A DNA stretch of 64,000 bases from Eledone cirrhosa (lineage: Eukaryota): NCBI GenBank assembly GCA_964016885.1, contig OZ024741.1, forward strand, positions 181,660,001-181,724,000, given 5' to 3'. Below the pieces are notes generated by a model. The model was not told where the DNA came from, ran no database searches, and worked only from the letters and a program-made list of their open reading frames with translations. Both the position numbers and the translations under genes were made by a program. Shown here piece after piece: positions 29,732 to 42,686 of this stretch. Position 1 is the stretch's first letter, and the number at the start of each line of letters is the position of its first letter.

Positions 29732-30058
29732 TTCCTTGAATCTCAGTCATTGACGTTGGAATGAATATCAAGCCACTACCTGCAGCCTCAGATATTCAGG
29801 ACGTATCGGAGGGTTCTTGCTGTTCCCAGCAAGCATGCCTTTTGAAGCGTTCCAAAAAGCGTGATGGGGCCGATTTTCTTTAACCATCCCTGGAAACTTT
29901 TGGAGATAGTCCCCAGTGCGCCTATGACAATCGGGATCACTTTGACTTCATGGCAGTTCCAAATCCTTTTTACCTCCCACTTTAAGTCCTGGTATCGGTT
30001 AATTTTCTCCCTCTCCTTCTCTTGCACTCTCGTGTCGAATGGGCAGGCGACATCCACA
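29732..30058 (-). mobile_element. Short 3' copy of the 26472-29683 element
   Basis: Nearly identical to 26472-26820; TAA-type repeats on both sides. Confidence 0.92.
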
Positions 30059-30110
30059 ATTATTATTGTTACTATTATTATTACTTTTTTTTTTTTTTTT
30101 TTTTTCCCCC

Positions 30111-33100
30111 ATTTGAATGATGTTCCAGAACAATATAAAAGAGATAATTGGCAATTTAGGTTCTGGAACAAAAAAGATAATTGGCAATAAGGGCAGGAGC
30201 CCCAGGTTATCACAGCCTGGGCCCGCTCGTCATCGTGCCATTGTAATAGAGTCAAACCAAGCATTTAGTCTTGGCTGCTGGAACGTACGGACGCTGCTTG
30301 ACAGGGATTCCTTGGAGCGTCCTGAACGAAGGACCGCTCTTGTTGCAAAGGAGCTTCGACGTTACGATCTTGACATCGTGGCTTTATCTGAGACGAGGCT
30401 AGCTGGAGATGGTCATCTTACGGAATTTTGTGGAGAATATACATTCTTCTGGAAAGGAAGAGATGAAGGAACCAGAAGAGAGGCTGGGGTAGGATTTGCT
30501 GTTAAGACTGAACTTGTGAATAAATTAGAAGAATTCCCAGTAGGGATTAGTGAGCGTCTTATGTCTATGAGAATTCCGCTGGACAAAGGAAGATATGCTA
30601 CCCTGGTGAGTGTGTATGCTCCAACTATGAATTCTGTCGATGAAGAAAAAGTGTCCTTTTACCATGCATTGAGAGGTGTTTTAAGAAATATCCCTCAGGC
30701 AGACAAAGTCATCGTGCTTGGTGAATTTAATGCTAGAGTGGGTAGGGATTTTAACACATGGAATGTAATCGGAAGGCATGGGGTGGGAAAGTGTAACAAC
30801 AATGGTATGCTCCTGCTGCAGATGTGTGAGGAGCTGGATCTGTGTGTTACCAACACCATGTTCCAACAAAAGAACAAATTCAAGACCACATGGATGCATC
30901 CTGCATCTAAGGAATTGCATCTTTTGGACTACGTCCTAGTCAGGATGCGTAACAGACAGGATGTGCAGTGTGTTCGTGCTCTTCGTGGAGCTGAGTGCTG
31001 GACGGACCACCGCCTGGTACGCGCAAAAGTGAAACTAATCACTAAACGTAAAATCCGGGCTCCTGGTGTTGCCCTGCCCAAAATATTGAATGCTGCTCGT
31101 CTTAAGGATAAAAATGTGAAGAGGACATTGGAAGAAGAGATGCAGGCTGCAGATCTTGGTGAGGATTGGCCGACCCTTAAAAAGTCAGTTTATGATGTAG
31201 GCAGGCGTGTTCTGGGATTGGTGCAGAGAAACATCAGGACTGGTTTAATGAGAATGATGTACATATAGAAGACTTGTTCGCTGATAAGAGGCATGCTCTG
31301 TCATGCTACTTGACGGCAAAACCACAGGAGAGGAATACGTTGCACGAGGAACTCAAGGATGTAAAATCACGTGTTAGGCGGAGTCTTTCTCAGATGAAGG
31401 ATCAGTGGTGGAGTGAGAAGGCTGGTGAGATACAAACTGCGTCAGATTCCAATAACACAAAGCTGTTGTACAGTCTCTTGCGTGAGGTTTATGGACCGTC
31501 TTCTTCTCTGGTGACACCGCTTCGCAGCAAGGATGGCAAAGAACGTCTTCGTGACTCACAAGGAATTCTACGAAGGTGGCGAGAGCACTTTGATGATCTT
31601 TTGAATCAGCCGTCTGTCGTCAGTGAAGATTTCTCAATCTCATTCCAGAAAGTCCTGTGAAAGTAGCTCTCGCAGAACCTCCGACGCTTGTGGAGATTGC
31701 AGTGGCTATCTCGAAAGGTCTCCAGGTATTGATGGCATACATGCTGAGCTTCTATAATATGGTGGTGAGAGACTCCTGCAACATCTTCACTCTTTGTTTG
31801 GCAGGATATGGGCTAATGAATCCGTACCTGAGGACTGGAGAGATGCAGTAATGGTGGTCTTGTACAAGGGAAAGGATAACAGGAATGATTGTGGGAACTA
31901 CAGAGGTATATCATTGCTTTCTGTCGTAGGGAAAGTTTTATGTAGGGTGCTTCTGGACCGTCTGCTGACACACATTGCAGATTGTGTTCTTCCTGAAAGT
32001 CAATCTGGTTTTCGTGCTGGACGCGGCACTACTGATATGATCTTCTCAGCTAGACAGCTCCAGGAGAAGTGCATAGAACAAGGCTTGGATCTGTATCAGG
32101 TTTTTGTCGATCTGACAAAAGCTTTCGATACTGTTAACAGAGATGCATTATGGAAGGTTCTCCAGAAACTTGGTTGCCCTGATAAGTTCCTTGCTTTAGT
32201 TAGGTCTTTCCATGACGACATGAAGGCTTGGGTTAATGTCGGAGGTAATATGTCGGAGCCTATCTCAGTAAAAAATGGAGTGAAACAGGGGGATATTCCA
32301 GCTCCGACCCTGTTTGCCATTTACTTTGCAATGATTTTCTGTATTGCATTCAGGAATTGCGAGCATGGTGTTTACATCCGATATCGAACTTCAGGCAGCA
32401 TATTTAACATCAGGCGCTTTGCTGCGAAGACAAAAGTGTTTACATCAACCATAAGAGACCTCTTGTATGCAGATGATTGTGATCTTGTAGCGCACACAGA
32501 GAGTAATATGCAGTACATTTTGAATGCATTTTCTGACGCTTGCACTGCCCTAGGATTGACTGTCAGTCTCAAGAAAACCGTCGTCATGTACCAACCTGCC
32601 CCTGGTAAGGAGTACACTGAACCAAACATCTATGTGTATGGCAAACGACTTGGAGTGGTTGATCAGTTTGTCTACCTGGGAAGCACTGTCAATCGATACA
32701 GCAACTTTGACAGTGAAATCTCACTTAGGATTAGAAAGCAAGTGATGCTTTCGGAAAGCTAGAAAGGTGACTCTGGGGTCGGCGACACATATTCAGGAGG
32801 ACAAAGGTAAAGGTGTACAAGGTATGTGTGCTCTCTTGTATTCTTTATGCCTGCGAGACCTGGGTCACATATCGACGCCACCTTAAGCAATTGGAGCGTT
32901 TCCATCAGATGTGTCTCAAACGGATCCATGGCGTTCACTGGAGGGACCACATCAGCGATGTCGAGATTTTGGAAAGCTCTCTGTGTGACAGTATAGAAGC
33001 TCTTGTGCTTAAGCAACGACTCCGTTGGAGTGGTTACCTTGCCAGGATGAAGGATTCTAGAATACCAAAAACAACTCTTTTATGGAGAGTTGGTTAAAGG

Positions 33101-33655
33101 AAAATGACCGCCACATAAACCAAAAAAGAGGTATAAGGATTCCCTGAAAGCTTCTTTGAAAGACGCTAACATCTCTGCTGATACATGGGAAAATATTGAT
33201 GCTGATCGTAATAAATGGAGAAAGACTGTATATGAGGGAAAAGTTGCCTTTGAGGCATCTCGAATCGCATACGAGAAAGTAAAGCGGGATGTGAAGAAGG
33301 GCATTTCTGTTGCACTTCCAGACGGCGAGGGTCCTCCTATGGTGCTGACATGCAGCGTCTGTGCGAGACTCTGCCTAAGCAAAGCTGGACTCGAAAGTCA
33401 TCTTCGCAGTCATAAAGTAAGACCAGTGGTTGACTACCAGGCTGCTGTTGGAGATGCTACTCATCATGCTTGCCAAACATGTGGTAGAGAATGTAAATCA
33501 GCAGGAGGGCTCAAACGACATGCAAAAGTACATAAACTCCAACCACAGCCGGCTATTCCCAGTGAATGTTTTGGTTGCCGACTCTGTGAAAGACATTTTA
33601 GATCATTGGCTGGGCTAAAAAGCCACATTCGATCGCACCGCTGTTAGTTGCTATC
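30111..33655 (+). pseudogene. RTE-clade LINE, near full length, frameshifted (APE + RT + three C2H2 fingers)
   Basis: APE: WNVRTL, LSETR, VYAPT, GEFNAR, LDY, TDH. RT: NYRGISLL, QSGFR, FVDLTKAFD, GVKQG, LYADD, YLG. C-terminal fingers in ORF 33156..33647. Confidence 0.93.
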
Positions 33656-33754
33656 GTCTGTGCGTGTGTATAGATATGTTTATGTGTGTGCGTGTATGTG
33701 TATATATATATATGTATATGTATATTATTATTGTTGTTGTCGTTATTATTATTG

Positions 33755-33786
<32 letters not shown>

Positions 33787-36534
33787 GTTATTAATGTATA
33801 TGTGTATGTATGTATATATATGTGTGTATATATTTCTTTTTTTATTTTAATTTTATTTTTTATTTATTTATAAATTTTTTTCTCTCCTCGTGCAATGGCC
33901 ATACTCGATAACGAGGGGGCATCCATGATGTATGTATGTATGTATATATGTATATCTACATTCATACATATATATATATATATATAATAAATAACAAAGA
34001 ACGCCTATAGCATATGCATATCTTTACTTGCTAACATTGTTTCATCCGCACTATAAGTGGGACTCATCAGAGCATAAAGGTTAATTACATACCACACAAG
34101 CAATAACAAATCCAAGACATTGAAGAATGAAAAATAATAGAAGATAAAGGATAAAAATAAAAATAAAAATAAAAATAAAAATAAAAATAAAAATAAAAAT
34201 AAAAATAAAAATAAAAATAAAAATAAAAATAAAAATAAAAATAAAAATAAAAATAAAAATAAAAATAAAAATAATAAAATAAACAATGAAAAATAAGGGG
34301 TGCTATCAGTCACAGTTGGGTAGCTCTACCAGTGTTGTTATAACACATAATATGTCCATTGGTAATGGAGGTGTCGCGAATGGGAGGGTTCTAAATGCCG
34401 GTGGAATGAAGCAGCAGGGCACCATTAGTCTAAGTAATAGCAATGGTAGGCTTCGCAGCTCCCCGCATAGACTAGGTGAGCATAGTAACCGTAGAAATAA
34501 TAATGCTAATAATAGTGATGGAAATAGAAAGAATAAAAAGAATAGAAGAAGATTGAATACATACTTCAATCCCCCTTTTAATTCTGAAGTGGCTATAAAT
34601 ATTCCTAGGGCCTTCTTCTCTGTGTTAGAAAGGAACTTCCCTCCTGGTAATAGGTACCACTCTATCCTCAATAAGAATGTTGTTAAACTTTCGTATTCTA
34701 CAACCCAAAATCTGGCCTCTCATCTGGCCATTACTAATAATAAGAAAATAAAGGAAGGCCTGGACAACCTAAGCCTAGGGGAAAACACGGTAGTGGACAG
34801 AGTGGGCCGAAACACAAGTGGTGATCATTCTGAGAATAGCATCACCAGAAGTTGTAACTGTAGAAGGGCTTCAGGCTGCCCCCTGAATGGTTTCTGCCTT
34901 GTTAGAAACATAGTTTATGCGTGTGATGTGGTAACTACGGCGTCCACTAAAACCTATATAAGATCAACCTCCACCCCCTTTAAGACCAGGTTTAACTCTC
35001 ACCAATGCACTTTTAGACATAATAAACTGAGGAACTCCACCTCCTTGGCAGCGTACGTCCACAATTTAAAAAATGCAAGAACACATTACACACTTACTTG
35101 GCGGCAGGTTGCTAAATCCCATCCATATACTCCTCATAATAGAGTATGTAACCTATGCCTTGCCGAATCCCACTCTATTATATTTGCTAAATGCCCTCTA
35201 CTAAATAGAAAGTCAGAAATATTTTCCTCTTGCCCCCACCGAATATTAAGCTCTTTCTTCTACTTTAAACCTATTAGCTAGCACTTCCTTATTTCTCCAG
35301 TTGGGCTATCTTGTGTAACTGTCTCTGATTGTGTGTAACTGTCTCCTATTGTTTGTCTTCTATGTATATGAGTCGGTGAGTGTATACGTATGCATGCGGG
35401 AGGATATTGATCTGGATATTGGGGTGTACAGGTGAGTGGGTGTGTATGTTAATAAGCACCCCTGTTTGGCACAGCGGATGTAACCCATCCACGCTCGCCT
35501 ACCCACCATTGGTGCATTGGTGGGTCTATCCTGACGTGTATCTTGTGGATCTGTACCTCTGTATGCGCATGAGTTGTGATGTGATGTATCTATGTAGAGC
35601 GTGTACTGTGATATAGGCTGCACTAATAGAAATTTAGCCTGTAACTGTGGGCGGACCTGTGCTATCTCGCCGTAAGCAGTAGATACGTGGCGCATGTACG
35701 TGTTGCCCTCCTATTCTGTGGTTTAAGATCTACAGGCTGACTTCTGGGAGCTCTTGCCCGGGGTTGTAGTCTTTCTAGCACGATCGGCCTTCCATATATT
35801 GACGGTCGTTGTTATGATCCCGAAAGTAACGTTTTGGCCCCGATAGCCCTCCGTAGTTACTAACGGTCTGTGTACACTTAAATCGGGCAATGGCACGTGC
35901 GGACATGATTATCTCCGTAGGAATTCAATTTTATTTTACTACATCTCATCGTATGTATTTATTTTGAATGTATTATCCGTGGTGGTGGGTCTTGCCTAAT
36001 GTGGTATTTCTGTGTTTAATATCAGCTTTGACCCGGGTGTCCTACGCTGTGTGTGTGTGCGTGTGTGTCTGTGTATACATTTATATGTGTATGGGTGTAG
36101 GTGGTTGTATATGTCTGTATATAAAAAACTATATATATATGTATACCGTCTCTGCATATGCATGTGGTGTGTATATGTGCATATACGTGCTGAACATATT
36201 GGTGTGTATAGTCTTGTGATGTCCCAATGCGGTGACTTCATGGCTCTTGAAGCTATTTTTTATATATCTTTTGTCTTTTTATATATCTTTTGTATGCGCT
36301 CCAACTGTGTCTGCTTGCTTTGGCTAACCCGCCTGCACCTCGCTTTCGGCCTCTTGCTACTGCACGTGAATTCTCCTACCTTCCTTCGATGCACCTCTGT
36401 TTGACCATTGGACTCCTGCCCGGGTGTGAACCGGTTTGTGATTACCCCACCGCTCAACTGTGTGAATGCACACCCGTGACTTTCGAGTGAACTTTTGAGA
36501 CTGCCCAACCTGGGACGCCTCCATTGCCTTGCAA

Positions 36535-36695
36535 TGGTCAAGTGATACTGGTGACTGTGACACTTAGTGCCTTCGTGGGCCCCTGATATTTTCAAGAAAT
36601 ATATTCTAAAAAAATGGTCAAGTGATACAGATAACTGTGACACTTAGTGCCTTCGTGGGCCCCTGATATATTCAAGCGATATATTATAAGAAAAT
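36535..36695. repeat. About 80-bp tandem duplication in PLE 3'UTR
   Basis: tggtcaagtgatac...gacacttagtgccttcgtgggcccctgatat...caag occurs twice. Confidence 0.8.
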
Positions 36696-36803
36696 ATATA
36701 TCTTATCTCAATTTACTTTATTTTATTTTATTTTATTTCATTTCATTTTATTTAATTTTATTTATTTATTTATTTAATTTCATTTATTTATTTATTTATT
36801 TAC

Positions 36804-36839
<36 letters not shown>

Positions 36840-37426
36840 TTTTAATTTTAATTTTATTTATTTATTTAATTTTATTTATTTATTTATTTATTTATTTAAT
36901 TACATTTAATTATAATTATATCTTATATTATATTATTTTACTTTAGTCTATTTTATTTTATTTTAGTTTACCTTATTTTATCTTATTTTATGATTATATT
37001 ATATTATGTTCTATTTTATATAATTTTAATTTTAATTTTATATTATTTTATTTCATTCCTTACCCTGTATCACTATTATCTGTATATTTTATATTTTATA
37101 TTTTATATGTAAGGTTGTTATATTTTTTTATATTTTCTTATATATATTATAAGTCTGTTTTTCACCTATTTTTTACATACTCTTACCTAATCCTATCTAT
37201 CTTATCTACTCTTGTCTGTTCTCTTATCCATGTGTATGCTTGTATGTAACTATATGTTGACAGCACCCCGCCCAACTGTGACTGATAGCACCCCTTATTT
37301 TTCATTGTTTATTTTATTATTTTTATTTTTATTTTTATTTTTATTTTTATCCTTTATCTTCTATTATTTTTCATTCTTCAATGTCTTGGATTTGTTATTG
37401 CTTGTGTGGTATGTAATTAACCTTTA

Positions 37427-37472
37427 TGCTCTGATGAGTCCCACTTATAGTGCGGATGAAACAATGTTAGCA
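37427..37472 (+). ncRNA. Hammerhead ribozyme in pLTR (mirror 34029-34074, minus)
   Basis: tgct CTGATGA gtcc-cacttatagtg-cggat GAAA caatg TT agca. Confidence 0.8.
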
Positions 37473-37784
37473 AGTAAAGATATGCATATGCTATAGGCGT
37501 TCTTTGTTATTTATTATATCACGGCTCTGTCCTCAGACATCGAGCTAACCTTATACTGCCTGCTGGATAAGTGGAGTGTTATACACCCCTGATCCTCTCC
37601 CTAGTATACTATATATATATATATAAATCTACACATACATATACACACACATATATATATATATATAAATCTAGATACATATATACATTTACGTATGTAT
37701 ATAGCTATGCATTTATACATTTGTATATATACATGCATTTATATTTAAGTGTGTAAGAATATATATATATATGTGTGTGTGTGT

Positions 37785-37815
<31 letters not shown>

Positions 37816-38110
37816 TATACACACACACACACATATATTTACTTTTTTCAGTCTGGTCTACCATGTTTAAGCCCCCTGTTGGTAAAAGATAGATAGATAG
37901 ATAGACGTTTAGCAAACACACACACACACATTTCTTACTCTCTCTGTCCCCTCCCCTTTCTCTCTCCATTTATATATATAAATATATGGCGTTGTTGAAA
38001 AGAGCAGTGGCCTTTCACCTGGCAATAAAAACTGGAGACAAAATTCTTTCTGTACCAAAACCAAGGCACACACACACAAGTTTGTGTGTGTGTGTGTGTA
38101 TGTGTGTGTG

Positions 38111-38158
<48 letters not shown>

Positions 38159-38724
38159 CGCGTTTATATGTGTGTGTGTGTGTGTATCTATCTATATATA
38201 TACAAAAGGGATACATATATTGCTTTCTCAGTCACCAAGCTTCTCAATTCATTCCTTGCTACTAAGTATTTTATTTTGCTACGAGGTATTTTATTTTGCA
38301 AGGTACTATTTTCCCCCTGCGTTTGTGATTTCAGAGAAAGGTAAGAAATTTTCCATATTTTGTATCTTTTGTATTTCGAATTTACAGTTTGAATTGTAGA
38401 ATTGTCTATCCACTCAAAATATTACAACAGCTAACAGTGAAATATAGAGTTTAAAAAAAAAGAAGCTTTTTCGACTAAGATAAAATCTTTGTTTTTATTT
38501 CAAAAATATATAATTTGAAATAGCTTGCTTTTATTTTGAACTGAAACCTTTTTGTATTTAATTCGTACGAGCATTTTTTAAAGATTCTAAGATAACTTGA
38601 TTTGGCCCAGTAATCTACTGATATCAGTAGTATATTGAAAAATGGAAAAATAGGGTAGGGGTCGTTTCGTGATTTTTCGAGGGGCAAAAGGGGACGTTTG
38701 GTCGAAATGGGTTGAGAACCTTTG

Positions 38725-38815
38725 ATTTAGATGAACGAGATTTTTCAAAGTTCTTTATACTTTCATGATGGCAAAGAGTTCTCCATTTTCCACGAGCCAG
38801 CAGTGAAGGCTTATA
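38725..38815 (-). mobile_element. RTE 3' region, proximal part of the split tail
   Basis: ARGKWRTLCHHESIKNFEKSR, the RTE motif that precedes the terminal zinc finger. Confidence 0.65.
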
Positions 38816-38829
38816 CATGCATACATGAT

Positions 38830-39445
38830 GATGATGGCTGACCCCTCATTATCGAGTATGGCCATTGCACGATATAACATTATTAATTAATTCTATCGTG
38901 CAATGCCTGTGCGTGAAGATATTTTTTTAAGTGAGGAAAGACTGTGCACTGAGCCAATCCCACTCTCTGAGCGACAGTAGCTATAACCCGAAAAGAAGAA
39001 AAGATCAACATCATCGGTAACTACTGAGCCGCAGAATTTATATCGGAGTTATCCCAGTTTCCTGAGTTGCCTTCTCCTAGAAGAATGCCCTGACAAAGGC
39101 TAGGGGTCCTACAACCTCAGTGGTTTAACCGCGCGATCGGGTGTCCAGCCCGACTATTTCTATGTCCCCACGCATATACACACACATGCACCCATGTATA
39201 TACACATATACATATACATATGTACATGTGTATATACATATTTACACACTTTTGGATGGCTGTTGACTCTTATGAGTTCTTCCGCCCTTTGTCAGGTTTT
39301 GTTTTTTGTCTTGCAGGGTGTCCACAATCCCCCTCCTCTCCAAGTAAACGTGGTGGGGTTGCCGGTTTAGTCGCCAACGACCCGACCATGCGACAGGTTG
39401 TACTGGGGTACATGTTACCAGTAGCACTCAAGAGTGACCCGACAT
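38830..39445 (+). mobile_element. SINE-like element, subfamily B
   Basis: Matches 3768-4392; (CATA)n at both ends. Confidence 0.78.
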
Positions 39446-39542
39446 ACATACATACATACATTTATACTCTGCTATGTATTGAGTACCTTACTATGGCTAC
39501 CCCCAATTGCACCCGGGATACACACACACACACATACACATA

Positions 39543-39662
<120 letters not shown>

Positions 39663-39736
39663 CAGTTGATGCGTAATAATATATTACCATAGGTCACACT
39701 AGTCTGGGCTCTCTATGCTTTTAGTTGAGTTAGATA

Positions 39737-40270
<534 letters not shown>

Positions 40271-40279
40271 TGTTCAATC

Positions 40280-41592
40280 TGATTGTTCAACGGACACATT
40301 CCTGGTTGGACACAGTTACAGGAATGTGTCCGTTGAACAATCAGTGTCTTGAACGCAACATCATATACAAATGTAGTAACGAATCGGATAGCCAGAAGTG
40401 GTACTATGTGGGGTCTACAGCTACCTCCTTCAAATCTCGCCTTTATAGACATCGTTACTCGATAAAACATGAAAACCAGCGTTATGTAACAACACTCGCA
40501 GACAAGGCTTGTCAGCTGCGCGAAAATAACCAACAATTTAACCTAAAATGGGATATAATAACGATGCCCCTGCATAATCCCAAAGACAGGAATTTTGTAA
40601 ATTATGTAACATGGAATTATTTTGTATTATGAAATCCAAAAATATTTTATTAAATAATAGAATAGAGCGATGCCTCTGCATACACCCGAGGACAGGAATT
40701 TTGTAAATTGTGTTATATGGAATTATTTTGTATTATGAAATCCAAAAATATTTTATTAAATAATAGAATAGAGCGATCGTTATACTGTAACCATCGCTTG
40801 AAATCTACATTTTCATATTACAAACACTACCAGGATTGAACGCCTGTCTCCATCTCCGTTTGATTGTCAAAATACATATTAACATTCTCTATTAGTCTTA
40901 ATTCTATCAACTCTTCTATTCTTTACCATTTAATATAAACTGCTATAGATAAAATGAGATTTCTTAATTCAATTCCCTAATGCATATACCAGCAGGCTAC
41001 CAACATTGTTGTTATACAGTAGCAGTGAAAATCTCCCTCTTCCTTAATTGACACTTTATATCTATTAATACTACTACACCAAACAACCAGCCCTGTCCAT
41101 TGTTCAATTGGTCAAGTATAGATTAAAATAGGCACTCCCAAAAATTCTTATTTAGATAAAATAAGCCATATACTCATTGTATTCTCATAAGGAACCTTCT
41201 ATATACTTGTTTCCCAGTAAATTGAATTGCCATCTGTCATATACTATCCCCTCTCTTCTTCCTTTCTTACAACTAATATAAATACTTCAATTTTTCTGAT
41301 TTTTTCCAATTTATCCAATATCTCTGAAGAAGTGACAACTGATTATACATTTGCTATCGAATACTTGCTAACATTATATGATTACGCAAGCAGCGATACA
41401 TAGGTATTCCGTCTGTTACAGAAACATATGTCAATACCTAATACATTCCTTTATAAAAGCACTTTCATTTTATATTCATCTTTTCTACCTTTTCTCCAGA
41501 ATATAATTTATACTCGTTGAGCAAACCTACACGTACGCTGTTCATCTCTAACGTGACGATATATTATCACTACATTATTGATAACTTGAAAT

Positions 41593-41596
<4 letters not shown>
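40280..41596 (+). mobile_element. PLE 3' fragment (GIY-YIG + 3'UTR + pLTR)
   Basis: CPLNNQCLERNIIYKC...YYVGSTATSFKSRLYRH..TTLA..LKW; internal 86-bp tandem duplication (40585/40691); ends in (TA)n. Confidence 0.8.
41318..41436 (+). ncRNA. Hammerhead-like motif with long stem II
   Basis: CTGAAGA 41324; stem II gtgaca/tgttac; GAAA 41421; palindromic ACATATGT; GUC; stem I is weak. Confidence 0.55.
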
Positions 41597-41650
<54 letters not shown>

Positions 41651-41652
<2 letters not shown>

Positions 41653-42636
41653 TACAATAATGAAAGTTCAGTTTAAATCATTTATTTGCTTACAATTGTT
41701 TCCTCCAAACCGAGGTTTGGATTCTTCGGAGCAACTATTAAGTGATCTATAACATACTTGACCTCCTTTTCAACACAAGAGACATATAAAAACATATGCA
41801 TATATTGACCCACAGTGGGATGACACCCATCATAATGATATAGCATGGCAATTTACATATAAAGGTTAAAGGATAAAAATAAAAATAAAAATAAAAATAA
41901 AAATAAAAATAAAAATAAAAATAAAAATAAATATAAAAATAAATATAAAAATAAAAATAAAAATAAAAATAAAAATAATAAAAATAAAAATAAAAATAAA
42001 AATAAAAATAAAAATAAAAATAAAAATAATAAAAATAAAAATAAAAATAAAAATAAAAATAAAAATAAAAATGAAACTGGCAGTTTATGAAGATAAAGCA
42101 AGAGGAAAGTTTAGAGTAGTCAGTGTATGAAACAATCTCACGTGTAGCATGCACGCGTGTCTTATTTATACAGGATTAGAGTGCGGCAGATTGTTACCTG
42201 TAGGATCAGGCAATTAAAGCAGGCAATCGATTGTATTATGTGGGCTGAATTGCTAAATCATTTATTCGCATACACCTGTATGATATACAATCCCGAATGT
42301 AGAGAAACACCAAAATATCAAAAATCTCAAACATATTATAAAACATATATCGTAGGCAAAACAGTACCACTGTCTTCGCGCACACCATCACTCACATAAT
42401 CCATGAAACGCAATATATAGACCACGGGTCTATCATACAATCAATGATGGTTCAGCATAGAACCAAGTTATAAACCATATCTTGTCGATTCTTAATTAAT
42501 AGATCATGTTGTTTAGTTTTGTGTGATGATATATTCCGGAAGTGTGTGTGTGACCAAGTGGAGTTAATGTGTAAGGGGAGTTAATGCGTAAGGGGAGGTA
42601 ACTAGCTGATTTTCTTAGTTAAATTTATTATCCTAA
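41651..42636 (-). mobile_element. Non-coding PLE 3'UTR/pLTR remnant containing (TTTTTA)n
   Basis: HHR near its 3' end; same hexamer tract as in the 34/37-kb pLTR; microsatellite flanks. Confidence 0.55.
41686..41734 (-). ncRNA. Hammerhead ribozyme, U4C core
   Basis: Minus: ttgct CCGAAGA atccaaac-ctcg-gtttggag GAAA caattg TA agcaa; palindromic stem III ACAATTGT. Confidence 0.72.
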
Positions 42637-42645
42637 ATATATATA

Positions 42646-42684
<39 letters not shown>

Positions 42685-42686
<2 letters not shown>

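Larger units (their letters stand above)
33984..37608 (+). mobile_element. Penelope-like element: GIY-YIG part, long 3'UTR, pLTR, and inverted pLTR at the 5' end
   Basis: ORF 34286..35281 (YFNPP, CNCR..CPL..C..IVY..YIRST..FKTR..CNLCLAE..CPH); 33984-34320 is the inverted copy of 37271-37518; TA tracts at both ends. Confidence 0.9.
16892..38724. mobile_element. hAT (Charlie-like) MITE whose ends are separated by about 21 kb of nested insertions
   Basis: TIR caaaggttctcaac (16892) / gttgagaacctttg (38711-38724); 8-bp TSD atctagat / atttagat; the flanks rejoin into one RTE C-terminus. Confidence 0.7.
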
